64,000 nt of DNA, from the NCBI RefSeq assembly GCF_009914755.1, contig NC_060926.1; one strand, 5' to 3'. Position numbers and translations under genes: made by a program. Source of the stretch: the human T2T-CHM13v2.0 reference genome, Homo sapiens. The notes under the pieces are model-generated. The model was not told the DNA's origin. It worked only from the letters and a program-made list of their open reading frames with translations, and ran no database searches. This document shows, one piece after another, positions 1 through 12,051 of this stretch (positions are counted from its first letter, which is position 1; each line of letters starts with the position of its first letter).

Positions 1-22
1 AGGGAGACAAGAGGGAGGGAGA

Positions 23-568
23 TGTGTTAAGATGCACCCACAAGGCTTTAGCCTATGGAGACGACTGAGTGATGACACAGAGAGGTCATTGCTACTAAAA
101 GAAAAGTTTGTTACTTATGGTTTTCAAGAGAAGGAAGCAGGCCACACCATATAGGGCCGCGGTTCCCACACCAGGTTTGGTCAGGAAGCAAAGGCAGGAC
201 TGTCAGGGAAAGCTTGGCTCGGTGCTTTTATTGTGTTTTCTGTGGGAATGGCGAGCAGAGCAGGGAAACAGCTTAGGACTGGCTCTTGAATAATGTCGGC
301 AGGCTCTGGGCTATAGGATGGTTGGTTCCTGGGTCGATTTAGGGCAGGGAAAATATTGGTTTGGTATGGGAAAGCTAGATAAAGAAGGAGGTTAAGGGCC
401 TGGCCTCTAAGGACTGGTTGGTTTGCATGGGAGAGGTGTGTTGGCAGGCCAGTTGCTTATTGTCTCTGGGGATTAGCTATCCCTGGGAGGGGCAGTCTCT
501 CCCTGTCCAGTTAGGCCCCCCAGAATGTCAAAGCAGCATAAATATGTTTAGAAATTTGGATTAATATA
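23..568 (-). mobile_element. ERVL-class solo LTR, MER74/MER73-like
   Basis: Reverse complement begins TATATTAATCC..GCTTTGACATT..GACTGCCCCTCCCAGGGATAGCTAAT and ends ..TTAACACA, matching the recalled MER74 consensus. Flanks GGAGA (18-22) and GGATA (569-573) look like a 5-bp TSD with one mismatch. Confidence 0.7.
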
Positions 569-574
569 GGATAG

Positions 575-960
575 AGGAAAAAGGAGAAAGGGGGGGAATA
601 GTTGTTGGGGTAAGGCCCCTGAGAAAGTGGAAATGAGGGGATTCTGAGGATAAGTGAGGTTGTGTCACCATGGTTTGGAGGGGCAGTACTTTCTCTAAGG
701 TTGAAGGGAAGGTGCGAGACGGCAGAAAGACTTCTTCTCTTCTGCTATGTGGAGAGAAAAGGACCTCATCCTCAGATGGCCTCAATCTTAGCAAAGAAGG
801 CAATCTAAAATACTTCTGGGAAATGATCAAGACAGAGTTTGGTAAAGGATTTGGAAAGAATGGAGACACTTTTAAATAGCTGTTGGGGAAAATTCAGTGA
901 GTAATTTTCTAGGTGTGAGTAAAAAACAGCTATTAGGGTCCAGCTGAGGTTATATTCAGA
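575..960 (-). mobile_element. L2 (LINE2) relic
   Basis: GA-rich degenerate sequence with L2-like blocks (CCTCATCCTCAGATGGCCTCAATCTTAGC; GGTCCAGCTGAGGTT). Confidence 0.45.
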
Positions 961-3086
961 CACAAAGACAGGAATAAATTTGACTCAGGGTTAAGCTTGT
1001 ATAGTTGCTAATGATGGACATAGTCCTTTAGAGTTTGCAGCCTTGTCCTTAAACTTCAAGTCCTTGGACAAACAAGTCTCTGCACCAAGAATTGCCAAGA
1101 TGATACAACAATTGATGTTGGCTGCCATTCAGATCCCCATTGTGCTTGGCTCTTGACTTACGTGGGAAGCATCCTGGGATGCTCCTTCCTCCTCTTTTGT
1201 TAGCTAGAAGACCTATCCATCTACCCGCCAAACCCTCATCCTTACATATTCACATTAGGAGATGGTTAACAACAGCTCCCCTCCCAATCCCTGCCATGAC
1301 ATGAGAAAGGGGTAAAAGAAAAATTCTATCATCATTTTCCCCAATATGTGATATCCTGAAAATTTTCACAGATCTGCTTAAGTCCTTGTCTTTAATGAAA
1401 TTAGGAACAACCTCTGCAACGAGCCCTCAGATGAGACTCAAACTGACAGGAAATGAATTTGCTAATGAATTCATTAATTATTCCATTATTTATTTTACTA
1501 GAGCCTTACCATGTGTACTGCACTATAGAGGATGACCTAATTAGCATTGCTTTCTTCATGCTTGGTTTAGTAACTGATGTCTCCAAATACTTGAGTGAGG
1601 GCAGATGAAGAAGAGAAACATGAAACAGCCCCCAGATGTCAACTGATTCCACATGACAAAGGCTGGCTGTGTGAGGCAATAAATGTGTTCTGCCGACATC
1701 GGGCTGAGCAGTGCCAATATGGACATCTTCAGAAAAATAATGAGCCAACGTGGCCATTTCTCTGGGCCTTGTCTTCTCTCCTTCCAACTGAGCTGCATTT
1801 TTTACTCCCGATTTGGAAGCTATTTACAGTACATCTCAACGAGCCAGCCCGTGGTGCTGGCTCCACTTTCTTTTGGAAATATTAGAATTTGTCCCCTGAG
1901 GGAGTCAGAACAATTGTTTGTTAGCTTAAAATAAATCATACATTTGATCATGATTGTGCAAGACTCTCTTCTTCTCCCTGAAGTCTCCATCTCAGGGCTA
2001 GTGGAAAGGGAGATGTCCACTGGGAGGCTAAAAGCAGCACCATTGTCTATGGGGACGTACTGTCTCTTATCTGGAGATAAAAGAGCCAAGAAAAGAAGCA
2101 AAATAACACTACAGGGATTGCCTGAAGTGTAACTGATGGCTTTTACCAAGAAATGAAATCAAAGGGGGAAATAACTAACCATCAGTGGGAGGGGCTGGGG
2201 GAGTAACACCCAAGCCAACTTTTCCCATAGCTCTCTCCAGTGGATCCTGTGAAGTAACTAAGGGCAGGCAAAGCAGGCAGGAGTTGTGCAAAACCCACAG
2301 ACACCCCAAACAGAGATTTCAACAGTTCCAGCCCAGCTCAGTGACTGTTGCATTGTGTCCCTTTGTCTGGCCATCAGCCTGGACCTTTTCTCTGATCATA
2401 TGAAAAACATTTCTTGTCTGAATCACACAAATGGTTCCTATTTCTTCACCAGTCACACATTCTCTCTGGACAATCTCATTCATCTTTGAAGCCCAATACC
2501 ACATGCAGGAGGATGAAACCTCATTTGTACACTGTAGACTCAACCTCCTTTCTGGGCACTAATTATTTCTGTAAAGCCATGCCTGATTATCTCAAAGATA
2601 CCTTAAACACAATGGATTCCAAACCAGCTCTATCATTTCACCCAAAGCCTGTATCTCCTCCTTCCTGACATCTTGGTCAATGGTCACCATATGCGCAGCC
2701 TTTCAAACTCAAAATATGTCCATGTTACTACATAATTATTGATCTAAAGCTTTGATCATAGCAGGCCTCTTTGAAAAAGGACAAAATACACATCTCAGCC
2801 TGGAATGATCAGCTTCCTGAAGTCTCAGAGCTGTGCAGATTGTCTTTATTATCTTATTTGCGCTCTCTGAGGCATTCAATGCCTTTGACAACTACCCCCT
2901 TCTTGGAACGTCTTCCTTAATTCTTGTAACCTTCTATTTCTTTATCTATTCTCTTTGCAAGTTTCTTGCTTTGGCTCTTTCTCCTCATTCTCTTTAGTAA
3001 TATTATTCCCCAATAAAGATGTTATCTAATCTCCCTTGTCACTCTACATTAGCATGCCTAAGAAACATGCTGGGAGCTTCTTATTT

Positions 3087-3372
3087 AGTTGCTGTCCATG
3101 TTGCTGCAAAGGACATGATTTCATTTCTTTTTATGGCTGCATGTTATTCCATAATGTATATGTACCACATTTTCTTCATCCACTCCACTGTTGATGATTA
3201 ACACCTAGGTTAATTCTGTGTCTTTGCTACTGTGAGTAGTGTTGTGATAAACATACACATGCATGTGTTTTTTTTTTTGGTAGAACTATTTATATTCCTT
3301 TGGATATATACTCAGTAATGGAATTGCTGGGTCAAGTGGTAGTTCTGTTTTAAGTTCTTTGAGAAATCTCCA
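3087..3372 (-). mobile_element. L1PB-like fragment (ORF2 3' end), non-inverted part of a twin-primed insertion
   Basis: CCATGTTGCTGCAAAGGACATGATTTCATT...GTTCTTTGAGAAATCTCCA is antisense L1 ORF2 C-terminal sequence. Confidence 0.85.
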
Positions 3373-4235
3373 CTACTGGATTTCAAGTTATACTACAAGG
3401 CTACAGTAAGCAAAATGGCATGACACTGGTACAAAAACAGACATATAGACCAATAGAACAAGTTAGAGAACCCAGATATAAAGTTGCACACCTACAGCCA
3501 TCTGATCTGTGACAAAGTCAATAATAACAAGCAAGAGAAAAGAACTCTCTATTCAATAAATGGTGTTGGGATAACTGGTTGGCCACAGACAGAAGAATGA
3601 AACTAGACCCCTACCTTTCACCATACACAAAAATCCACTCAAGATAGATTAAAGACTTAGATGTAAGACCTAAAACTCTAAAAATCCTAAAAGACCTAGG
3701 ACATACCATTCCAGATATAGGCCTTGGCACAGATTTCATGAGGAAGTCTCCAAACGCAATTGCAACAAAAACAAAATAGACAAGTGGGACCAAATCAAAT
3801 GAAGAGCTTCTGCAGAGCAAAAGAAACTATCAACAGAGTAAACAGACAACCTATAGGATAAGAGAAAATATTTGCAAGCTATGCACCCGACAAGAGTCTA
3901 ATATCCGGAATCTATCAGGAACTTAAACAAATCAACAAGCAAAAAATCAAACAGCCCCATTAAAAAATGGGCAAAGGACATGGACAATTCTAAAAAGAAG
4001 ACATATGCATGACTATCAATACGAAAAAATGCTTAACATTACTAATCATTAGAGAAATGCAAATCAAAACCACAGTGAGATACTATCTCACACAAGTCAG
4101 AATAGCTATTATTAAAATGTCCGAAAATAATAGATGCAGGCAAGGCTGTAGAGAAAAGGGAATGCTTATATATGGTTTGCGGTAATACAAATTAGTTCAG
4201 CCACTGTGGAAAGCAGTTTAGAGATTTTGCAAAGA
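3371..4235 (+). mobile_element. L1PB-like ORF2 fragment, inverted segment
   Basis: Sense L1 ORF2: TATACTACAAGGCTACAGTAA..CAGACATATAGACCAAT..GCCACTGTGGAAAGCAGTTT. Confidence 0.9.
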
Positions 4236-4556
4236 GTTTGACAGTTTTAGGTATCTCATATAACTGGAGTCATGCAATATTTATCCTTCTGTGACTGGCT
4301 TATTTCATGTCACATAATGTCCTCTGGGTTCATATGTGTGTCCCAAGTAGTAGGATTTTCTTATTTTTTTAAGCTGGAGAATATTAAATTTTGTTTATAT
4401 ACCACATTTTCTTTGTTCATTCATCTTTCTATGGGTAGTTTGGTTGTTTTCTTATCTTGACTAGTGTGAATAATGCTGCAATGAACATGGGAGTGCAAAG
4501 GTATCTTTGAGATCCTGATTCTAACGCTTTCGGGTATATACCTACAAGTGGGATTG
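4236..4556 (-). mobile_element. Old L1M (L1MA/L1MB-like) fragment
   Basis: TTCTGTGACTGGCTTATTTC..GAATAATGCTGCAATGAACATGGGAGTGCA..TCTTTGAGATCCTGATT is antisense L1MA/MB. Confidence 0.8.
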
Positions 4557-4750
4557 GAGGATAGATCCCATGTTGTATTCTCACCACAAGCCAAAAACAA
4601 CACAAGGAAATTTTTGGAAATGATGGATATGTTTAATACCTGGATTGTGGTTATGGCATCACAGGTGTAAAAATATGCCTAAACTCATCAAAATATATAC
4701 ATAAGACATGTGCAATTTTTGTATATCAATTATATCTCAATAAAGCTAAA
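4557..4750 (+). mobile_element. L1MA10/L1MB-like 3' terminus
   Basis: GGAAATTTTTGGAAATGATGGATATGTT..GTATATCAATTATATCTCAATAAAGCT is the typical L1MB-type 3' end with polyA signal. Confidence 0.8.
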
Positions 4751-4754
4751 ATAT

Positions 4755-4997
4755 TTTGAAATATCTGCAACAATTGTAATGCAATAGGGTAATATCTCCT
4801 ATTGGTGAGAAGTCACAAGTTCTGCTAATACTCCCATGGTTTATTGTCTACATTTATAAGGAGAGAAAATGCTAAATTTTAGTTAAAACTATAGAAAATA
4901 AAGGTATTGTTTCTCTCCCAAGTCCAAGAACCTACTGAGTTTTATTCATGGATCCCTTGGGCAGAAGTATGGGCTCATGATAGAAACCTTTGCTCTA
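4755..4997. mobile_element. hAT-Charlie fragment (Charlie4a-like)
   Basis: TATTGGTGAGAAGTCACAAGTTCTGCTAATAC..ATGCTAAATTTTAGTT..; ends next to a CTCTAG hAT-type target. Confidence 0.5.
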
Positions 4998-5589
4998 GCC
5001 CTTGAAATAGCATTGTGCTGAGATGAAAAGCTCTTCTTGCCCATGCTGCAGGCTGTGCATGGGATGTGGCTTTTATCTGCCAGGCATGTGTACTGAAATG
5101 CGGAAACAATTCACTCTTCCTCTTCTTCTAGCTCAAATGGCCTCTTCTACTTTTTTCCGTGATGTTTACTCTATGGCAGAAGTCCCTACCAAAGGAATAA
5201 ACTGCTAGGACCCAGGCTCCAGGCCAGGCCACATACACTCCAGTCTTGCCAGTGTCAGGCTTTCTCTTTCTCACTGTCTGCTCAGTGGTGGGACTGGAGA
5301 CCCCCTTCAAGTTGCTTGCTATCCCATTTCTTCCTTGAACGTCTTTTTTTTTTCTTAAATTTTATTTGAATGCTATAGAAAATAAACAGTGCTATATAAA
5401 ATGAAGTGGGATTAACTTATACAGACACAAAAATGCAAACAAGTACAATTGTTTACCCTGTGTGTCCTTCCTTAGAAAAAATAGTTAACCTAAGAGTTAG
5501 TTTTAGTGCACACACACACGCACACACACTCTTAGGCAGAAAAACTTGGCATTGTCAGCAAATCAGATTTCTCACGTGAGACACTCACA

Positions 5590-5702
5590 AGATCATGAGC
5601 TACAAGAAGAGTAGAATTGAGTCTTACATGTCTCTGGATCCCTGGTACCAGGCTCAATGATTGACACAAAGCATGTACTCAGTAAATGTTTGTTAAAGTG
5701 AA
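5590..5702 (+). mobile_element. L2 3' end
   Basis: GACACAAAGCATGTACTCAGTAAATGTTTGTTAAAGTGAA resembles the L2 terminus. Confidence 0.55.
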
Positions 5703-5829
5703 CTACAGCCTGTTAGGTTAGGAATGATTTCAAAATATCTTGGTCTGACAAATATCTAAAATAACTGGCACAATTAATTTGTAACTGAAGTAAGATTAGT
5801 TGAATATAATAGAGTCTTTCAGTAATCCT

Positions 5830-5998
5830 GTAGCCTTGGAAAATTAGTTAAGCCATCTGTGCCTCACTTACCCCATTGGTAAAATGGGGATGATAATGCC
5901 TGACCCTTAGAATTGTGAGGATTAAATGAGGTAGCACATGGAATGTTCAGAGAATGATACTTGTCACATAGAAGGCACTCTGCCCACTTTAGCTATTG
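5830..5998 (+). mobile_element. MIR SINE
   Basis: MIR core: CTGTGCCTCA..GTAAAATGGGGATGATAAT..TGTGAGGATTAAATGAG. Confidence 0.8.
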
Positions 5999-6336
5999 TA
6001 ATTATCACTAGAAGTAGTGGTTCTCATAGTAGGTATTTCAGAGTATTCATTTCATCACTATAAGAAGTGCCAAGGAGTATTACAATGCTCAGGACTCTTT
6101 GTTCTACAATAAATTCTATTTATTGTAGATAAATTTAATAAGTTTATTGTTCTATATAAATAGATCTGAGTGCTTCTTAAACTCTTGTGTATGAGTTTGA
6201 GTTCACCTTGTCTTCCACCTTCTTTGCCTGCCAGCCAGCTATCACTGAGTACTCTAAGGTGTTCTGTTCCTAAAGGTCCCCTTTAAATGGAAATTTCTAA
6301 TTTGACCATTAACTTGGAATCAACGTAATGCAAGAG

Positions 6337-6662
6337 GGCCAGGCATGGTGGTTCACGCCTATAATCCCAGGACTTTGGGAGGCAAAGAGGGAGGGTCACT
6401 TGAGACCAGGAGTTCAAGATAAGCCTGGGCAGCATTTGTAGAGCCAATCTCTACAAATAAAAAATAAAAGTAAGAAAAACCATCCACATGTGGTGGTATG
6501 CATCTGTAGTACAGCTACACAGGAGGCTGAGGCAGGAGGATCACTTGGGCCCAGGATCCAGGGTTACAGTGAGCTGTGATTGTGCCACAGCAGGCCAGCC
6601 TGGGCAACAGAGTGACATCCTGTTTTTTTTTGTTGTTGTTGTTGTCGTCGTTTTTGTTTTTT
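6337..6662 (+). mobile_element. AluJ with T/GTT-rich tail instead of an A tail
   Basis: GGCCAGGCATGGTGG start, dimeric structure with A-rich linker, J-type ACTTGAGACCAGGAGTTCAAG and GTGAGCTGTGATTGTGCCAC. Tail 6623-6662 is T/GTT. Confidence 0.9.
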
Positions 6663-7669
6663 AAAGCATCTATTTTCTGGACATCTGGGTATGTGGAAAT
6701 AATTGTTTTCTGGATCAATGATGAATATCCCTGTAATATTTGTGTTATAGCTATATGTTTGTGTGTGTACTAGCATCACTTTCTTTTTACTCTCTTTATC
6801 ATGATAGCGTTTCCCATCCTCACCCTTGGTCATCAGGCAACAAACTAGCTCAAAGCACCACAAGGCCATGGTTGGAAAACAGAGAACTGAAGTGATTTCA
6901 GGGATCAGGAGCTACTTCAGTAGTCTATGATTTATGTACATGAACAATTCCAGATCTCGGGTATATTTAGAGATGAGGGACACTGGCCAGACACTATGGT
7001 AGCATTTCTTCTTATAATTTGAATTCCAACTCATATGACAAAGAATGATGTTTTTCCTTGTCAGTGCATTGCCATGCTCAATGTGACAGCTGGCTCCTGC
7101 TAGTGGGCAGAGGCAGGGCTATGGCTCAGCCCCACTGGTGGGTGTGACTACTGCTACACAGTCCCACCTGGTTCAGTGAAGGGGCAAATACCAGGATGTT
7201 TAGCTCTACAGGTGCTTGTGTCATTCTTCATGTATTTCCTGCTGTCTAACCAGTTGGTCATTTAAAGTTTATAAATCTAACTCCAAGGTGGAGACAAGTT
7301 GGATGGAAGATTGTGTGTTTAGGAAGAATATGCCTAAGGGACTTTTAAACAGAACAGAATTGAGTTGTTTGTGTCACTGTTTTATGGCTCTGGATAGTCT
7401 GTTCTAGCTGGACAAGATTTCAGGATTTATGGCGACATCCAGCTAAAGAATGGTATATTTTTAACATGCTCACATGTCACTTTCCAGCTAAGGGAGGCTT
7501 CTCATGGTTCCTGCTGCTTTGGCTGGACCAGTTTCCCTTCTGGCCTCCTGAACAGGCTGTATCTTGAGAATGTGAGCCTTCCTAGGATGAGACTTGCTCT
7601 TTTTCCTGCATATAAGCAGCATGGCCAGACAAAAAGAAGATCCCATGGAAACAGGAGCATCTGCTTTGG

Positions 7670-7790
7670 GGAAGTATGGCACAGTGGAAAGTTTGTGGGA
7701 CTAGAAACTATAAATTCTGGCTTCAGGACTCAGCTCCATCACTGACCTAACCATGTGATGTGCCTTAAGCATATGCCTGGACCTCTTTGG
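7670..7790 (+). mobile_element. MIR 5' fragment
   Basis: AGTATGGCACAGTGGAAAG..CAGCTCCATCACTGAC..CATGTGA resembles the MIR tRNA-derived head. Confidence 0.5.
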
Positions 7791-7797
7791 GGATCAG

Positions 7798-8272
7798 TGT
7801 GGTAACCATGGAAGCATGCCACTCAGATCTTCCTTAAGGAGGAAATTTGTGGTAAGAATTGATAAGCTGATATCTCCAAGCTGCCGCACCCCCATGCCCA
7901 CCGTGGCATGCTTGCCAAGGCCACATCCTTTCTGAGATGCTCCCAGTGACTGAGCACAGCAGAGCTAAAGAGCCAAGCCCAGCAGTCCTGCCCGACACAG
8001 GGCTTCTCTAATGAGTAGAATGTGCCCTCAGGCTCCCTGTCGTCTGGCTGGCACTCCAGCACTGCACTGGAGTCTTCAATTCTTCCTATACCACACTTCC
8101 TCCTCCTCCCTACTCTCCCTTTTCAGGTATCAGATTTGCATCCCACTCCGCAGACTCCCCCTGCCTGTTCCTGCTCCTTTTCCCTTTTTTCTTCACAGGA
8201 GTTTTCCCCAATAAATCTTATGCACACAAAGCTCCATTTTGGTATCTGCTTCTCAGAGCACCTGAACTGACA
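7798..8272 (+). mobile_element. LTR16-family (ERVL) solo LTR, LTR16C/D-like
   Basis: TGT..CACTCAGATCT..TGACTGAGCAC..CCCCAATAAA..TCTGCTTCTCAGAG..CTGACA; TG...CA termini. Confidence 0.8.
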
Positions 8273-8284
8273 CAAAGAGTGAAT

Positions 8285-8887
8285 GTACGTTATTTTTTGC
8301 CTACCTCGTACATTTCCCCCCTTCTTATTCTTACTGGATCCCCTTAGAGATCCAACCACCTTATTGCTCTTCTCCATCTGCAAACATGAGCTAATGGTGA
8401 GACTCACATATACATCCTGCCACCTCATTCTGTTGCTATATGGGTGGGCATGGGCACCGGGTCAGACTAATTACTGTGCTCATCTTCCTGGTCAAAGTGG
8501 CTCAGGTGGGCGTGGGACTGAAACCAGTCCATCAGAGTCCTTCCGTGGGGCATGGGACACTGACATTTAAAGACACAGTTCTCTCCTTCCTGTTGAATGT
8601 GGGCTCAGGGTGTGAACTGAAAACTGCTGGAAACCAGAATTCTTACCATAGAGAAGAGACTGAGACAAGGAAGCCAATGGTCAGAGAAGAGGAGAAGCAA
8701 TGGCTGGGGTCCAGAGTCCCGGCCAGGGGCTCACTGAGCTTCCCAGATTCCAGTAGTTTTTCCTTTGAGTCTAAAATCCACTCCAGAATTCTCCCACTAT
8801 ATCCCCTGCCTTTAATTATTTTTTTTAACTTCAGTTGGTTGAATTAGGTTTCTGTTGCTTCCACCTGAAATAATTTTCAGTAATAGA
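8285..8887 (+). mobile_element. MLT1K-like MaLR LTR
   Basis: CCAGTCCATCAGAGTCCTTCC and terminal GAATTAGGTTTCTGTTGCTTCCACC..AGTAATAGA resemble old MLT1 LTRs. Confidence 0.55.
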
Positions 8888-10349
8888 ATCTGTTTCTAAT
8901 AGACTGATTCCATAAATTAGTTCTGTAAACTGAGGTTGATTTTACCTTAGACATGGAATGAAATGTAGGGTGATATGAAACAATAACAAACCCAGGCATG
9001 AAACAGGCAGTCAATCAATACTTTTTTAATGAAACTGTAGAAACAAAGTGAGAGAGCCCAGGTCCAGAAATAAGGGTATAGTTTTCAAAAAGGCATAATA
9101 GTGCCTGGAACATTATAAAAATGCAGTAAATAATTTGTTGACCACAACTAAGAATATAAAAATCACTAGTTTCACTACAAGGTTGTTTCACCAGATTACC
9201 TGTGCTTCTTAATGACAGGTCAAGGTGGCTGAGAATGGCAACCCTTCTGAAACTGGGAGCCACCATGTGCTTTCAAGTCAGAATCCACCAGCTGGAGAAG
9301 AAGAGAGGGGAGAAAGGCAGCAAGGGGAGGGGTCTGGAGGCAGTCAGAGGGAGTGAGAAGAGGCAAGAGAAATAACTGTATGAGGGGTAGAGAACAGGGC
9401 ATCGAGGAGCAGTCGGCCACTTGTGGCCTTTTGGATCCTTTAAATCAAAGGAGCCTTGATCCAGGGCCAGATCAAGATGCATGGGTTCTCCAGACAAACC
9501 AATAGTTTGGCTCCCCATCAGACCAATATCTTTTCCATGTTTGTTCAACACTTATTGCGGGCGTGGCCTGGGTGAGTTGGTGTCAGCAGGGAATGTTGTT
9601 GCTATTGATGACTTTCATGCCAGGCCACTGCTTGGTTTGACAAACAGTTGATTTACTCATGATCTGCATGTCAGGAGTCCCATGGGGAGGGCAGGGTAAA
9701 TTGACAGTACATTGTGACTTGGTTGGTGTCAGCCTATCTTCTAGGTAGGAAATATGAGAATAATCTGTGGGTTATTCTCACCAAGGAGGAATACCAAGCA
9801 GGAATAATTGGAGAGGAGACTTGGAGGAAACTTTCCTCTGATTGCCTGCTAGGAGACAGCCCAGGGCAGCAGACAGGATGGTTTGGGGAGGGCATGGCCA
9901 GGAGGACTAGCTTCTTCATACATATTATCCAGCTGCCTGTGTTTCTATCTCTACTCATCACTTATCCTTCAGTCTCTCATGCACTTTACATTGAAATGGT
10001 CACAGTGAACTGCCTTGATTTCTAATGGAGGAGTAAACAGGTGCCATATAAAACTTAGCCCTGGACCCTATGCATTTTTTTTAAGTTTATGGAAGGATGT
10101 AATTAAAATCTTTGGGTGGTCAACTTACCATCATAAATCATAACCAGGTATGAATGACAGCAGGGCACCACAAGAAGGTGTGCATATGCAGAGAGATAAA
10201 GCAGAGTATGCAGACCTAGAAAAGCACGTGCATGAAGGGCCCTGTGTACCAGGTGCAGTCAGGGGAGGCTCCACTTCACAGGCAGTAGGGAGCATCTCCT
10301 GGTGACAGCCCAGGGTGGCAACAGTGCACTGAACACATCAAATGAGCTC

Positions 10350-10640
10350 TGATTAATACCATTTAGACACAGCAGTGATAGAAACATGGACCCCAGAGAG
10401 TGCTCTCCAAAGAAGCTCACATTCTAATGAAGTTAGAGGTACACAAAACAAGTAAAAAGCAGAAGGAGGGAAGGAAAAGGGTCAGATAGTTCTGACTAGG
10501 AAAATGAAGGAAACTGTCATAGAAGAGGTGGCATTGAGTGGGACAATGAATGACAGGTGAGGATTCAATACAGAGAATGGGGGGAAGGCAATTCATACTT
10601 AGATACTAGCACGTCCAGAATGAGGAGACATGAAATTAAA
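10350..10640 (-). mobile_element. L2 relic
   Basis: AGAAGCTCACATTCTAATG..GAAGGAAACTGTCATAGAAGAGGTGGCATTGAG..GGGAAGGCAATTC is antisense L2. Confidence 0.55.
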
Positions 10641-12051
10641 GCAAAGAAACTGATATCAACAGGCTGTGGCTTCGGAAATATGAGTTGTACTAGCAAACTT
10701 CTCACTTACGCTACTCTATTTTCCCATGGTCCCTGAAGGTTGTATGTCTACTTAGAACTCTTCTCCTCATTTGCCCCATGGAGCAAGAAGTTGGTGTCCT
10801 TCTCTACAACCTGGAGCAGAGATGGGCCCTTAGCTGGTGCTCAGTAAGGGCTGATGTGTGGGTGGATATTCAGAGTCTGCAGAAGAAAAAGTAGAAATGA
10901 CTTCAGCCAGCCTGGGACTGCTCTAAGCAAGATGTTTTCCTAGGATGGTATCCCAGTCTCAAAAGGGATGGGCCACAATGTGGTACAAAACTCTAGGGAA
11001 CAGCATCACAGCTGCCCTGCGTCTGTTATAATATTAGTCCATTGACGTTGATGCAGCGAGCCTCTACTTTTCAGTTTACTTTGGGTCTTGGACATGGAAG
11101 CAGAGCTTGAAGTCACCACACTTTCACACGGACTTTTGCCAGTTGGATGGTTACTGAGTAAAGCAAGTCCAGACCTTTGCTAATATATTTACAATGCAAG
11201 CATTGAACCCCATTCTTTTGTTCTTTTTTCCTCTAATAGGTTCTTGAAGTCGCCTTTAGAACGTTTGGGCTGTGTGAGCTGTGAGCTTGGAAGGGAACTA
11301 TCTCATTTCTTTTCCCTAGAGAAATTTGCCATTCTTTGAATAAATAATCAAGGAGGTCTTTGCAGACAATTCTGTCCTCTGGTTGAAAATGGACTGTGAT
11401 TCAGTCTGAAAACATCCTTACAACTTTACATCATGTTTCCCTGTCCACTGATATTGCTAACGCTGACACATAACAGGTAATAAATACATGCCCATTAAGT
11501 GATTGCTCAACTGATGGGCTGATGGAGTTGTCCCAGAGTTTGTTTTCCTTTATTTTCAAAATCACTCCTTCATTCTAAGTGCCCCAGTCACCCACCTTGC
11601 TGACAGGGCCACCTCACTGCACTCTGAGGCCCCCTGCCTGCCATCCATGTCACCTCTATTGCCAGGGAGCAAATATGTGGTATTTGTTGTCCGCTCTGAT
11701 TAGAGTGGTATTTACTTTGTTCCTGCCAAAGAATTATGTTTCAGTCGGCCCAGTTTTCTCAGTTTTGGCAAATCCTGGTTGATATATCTCAATTACAACC
11801 TAATGACTCATATTGCAGCATCTCTTGATTTAAAATTAGCACAACAGATTGGATTTGTTAAATCGAAGAGAGCTGGGAAAGTAAAGCCAATCCTTCATGC
11901 TCAGTGGCAGTCTCTGTAGCCTGTGGTGCCACAAGCAAATCCGAAAGGCGGAGGGACCTAGAAGAAAAGAATATAATCTATTAGGAGTTTTGATAGCTTA
12001 GCCTGAGTTGGGTGAGTAATTACACTTTGTAAGATTCTGTGGAGTGGTCAT

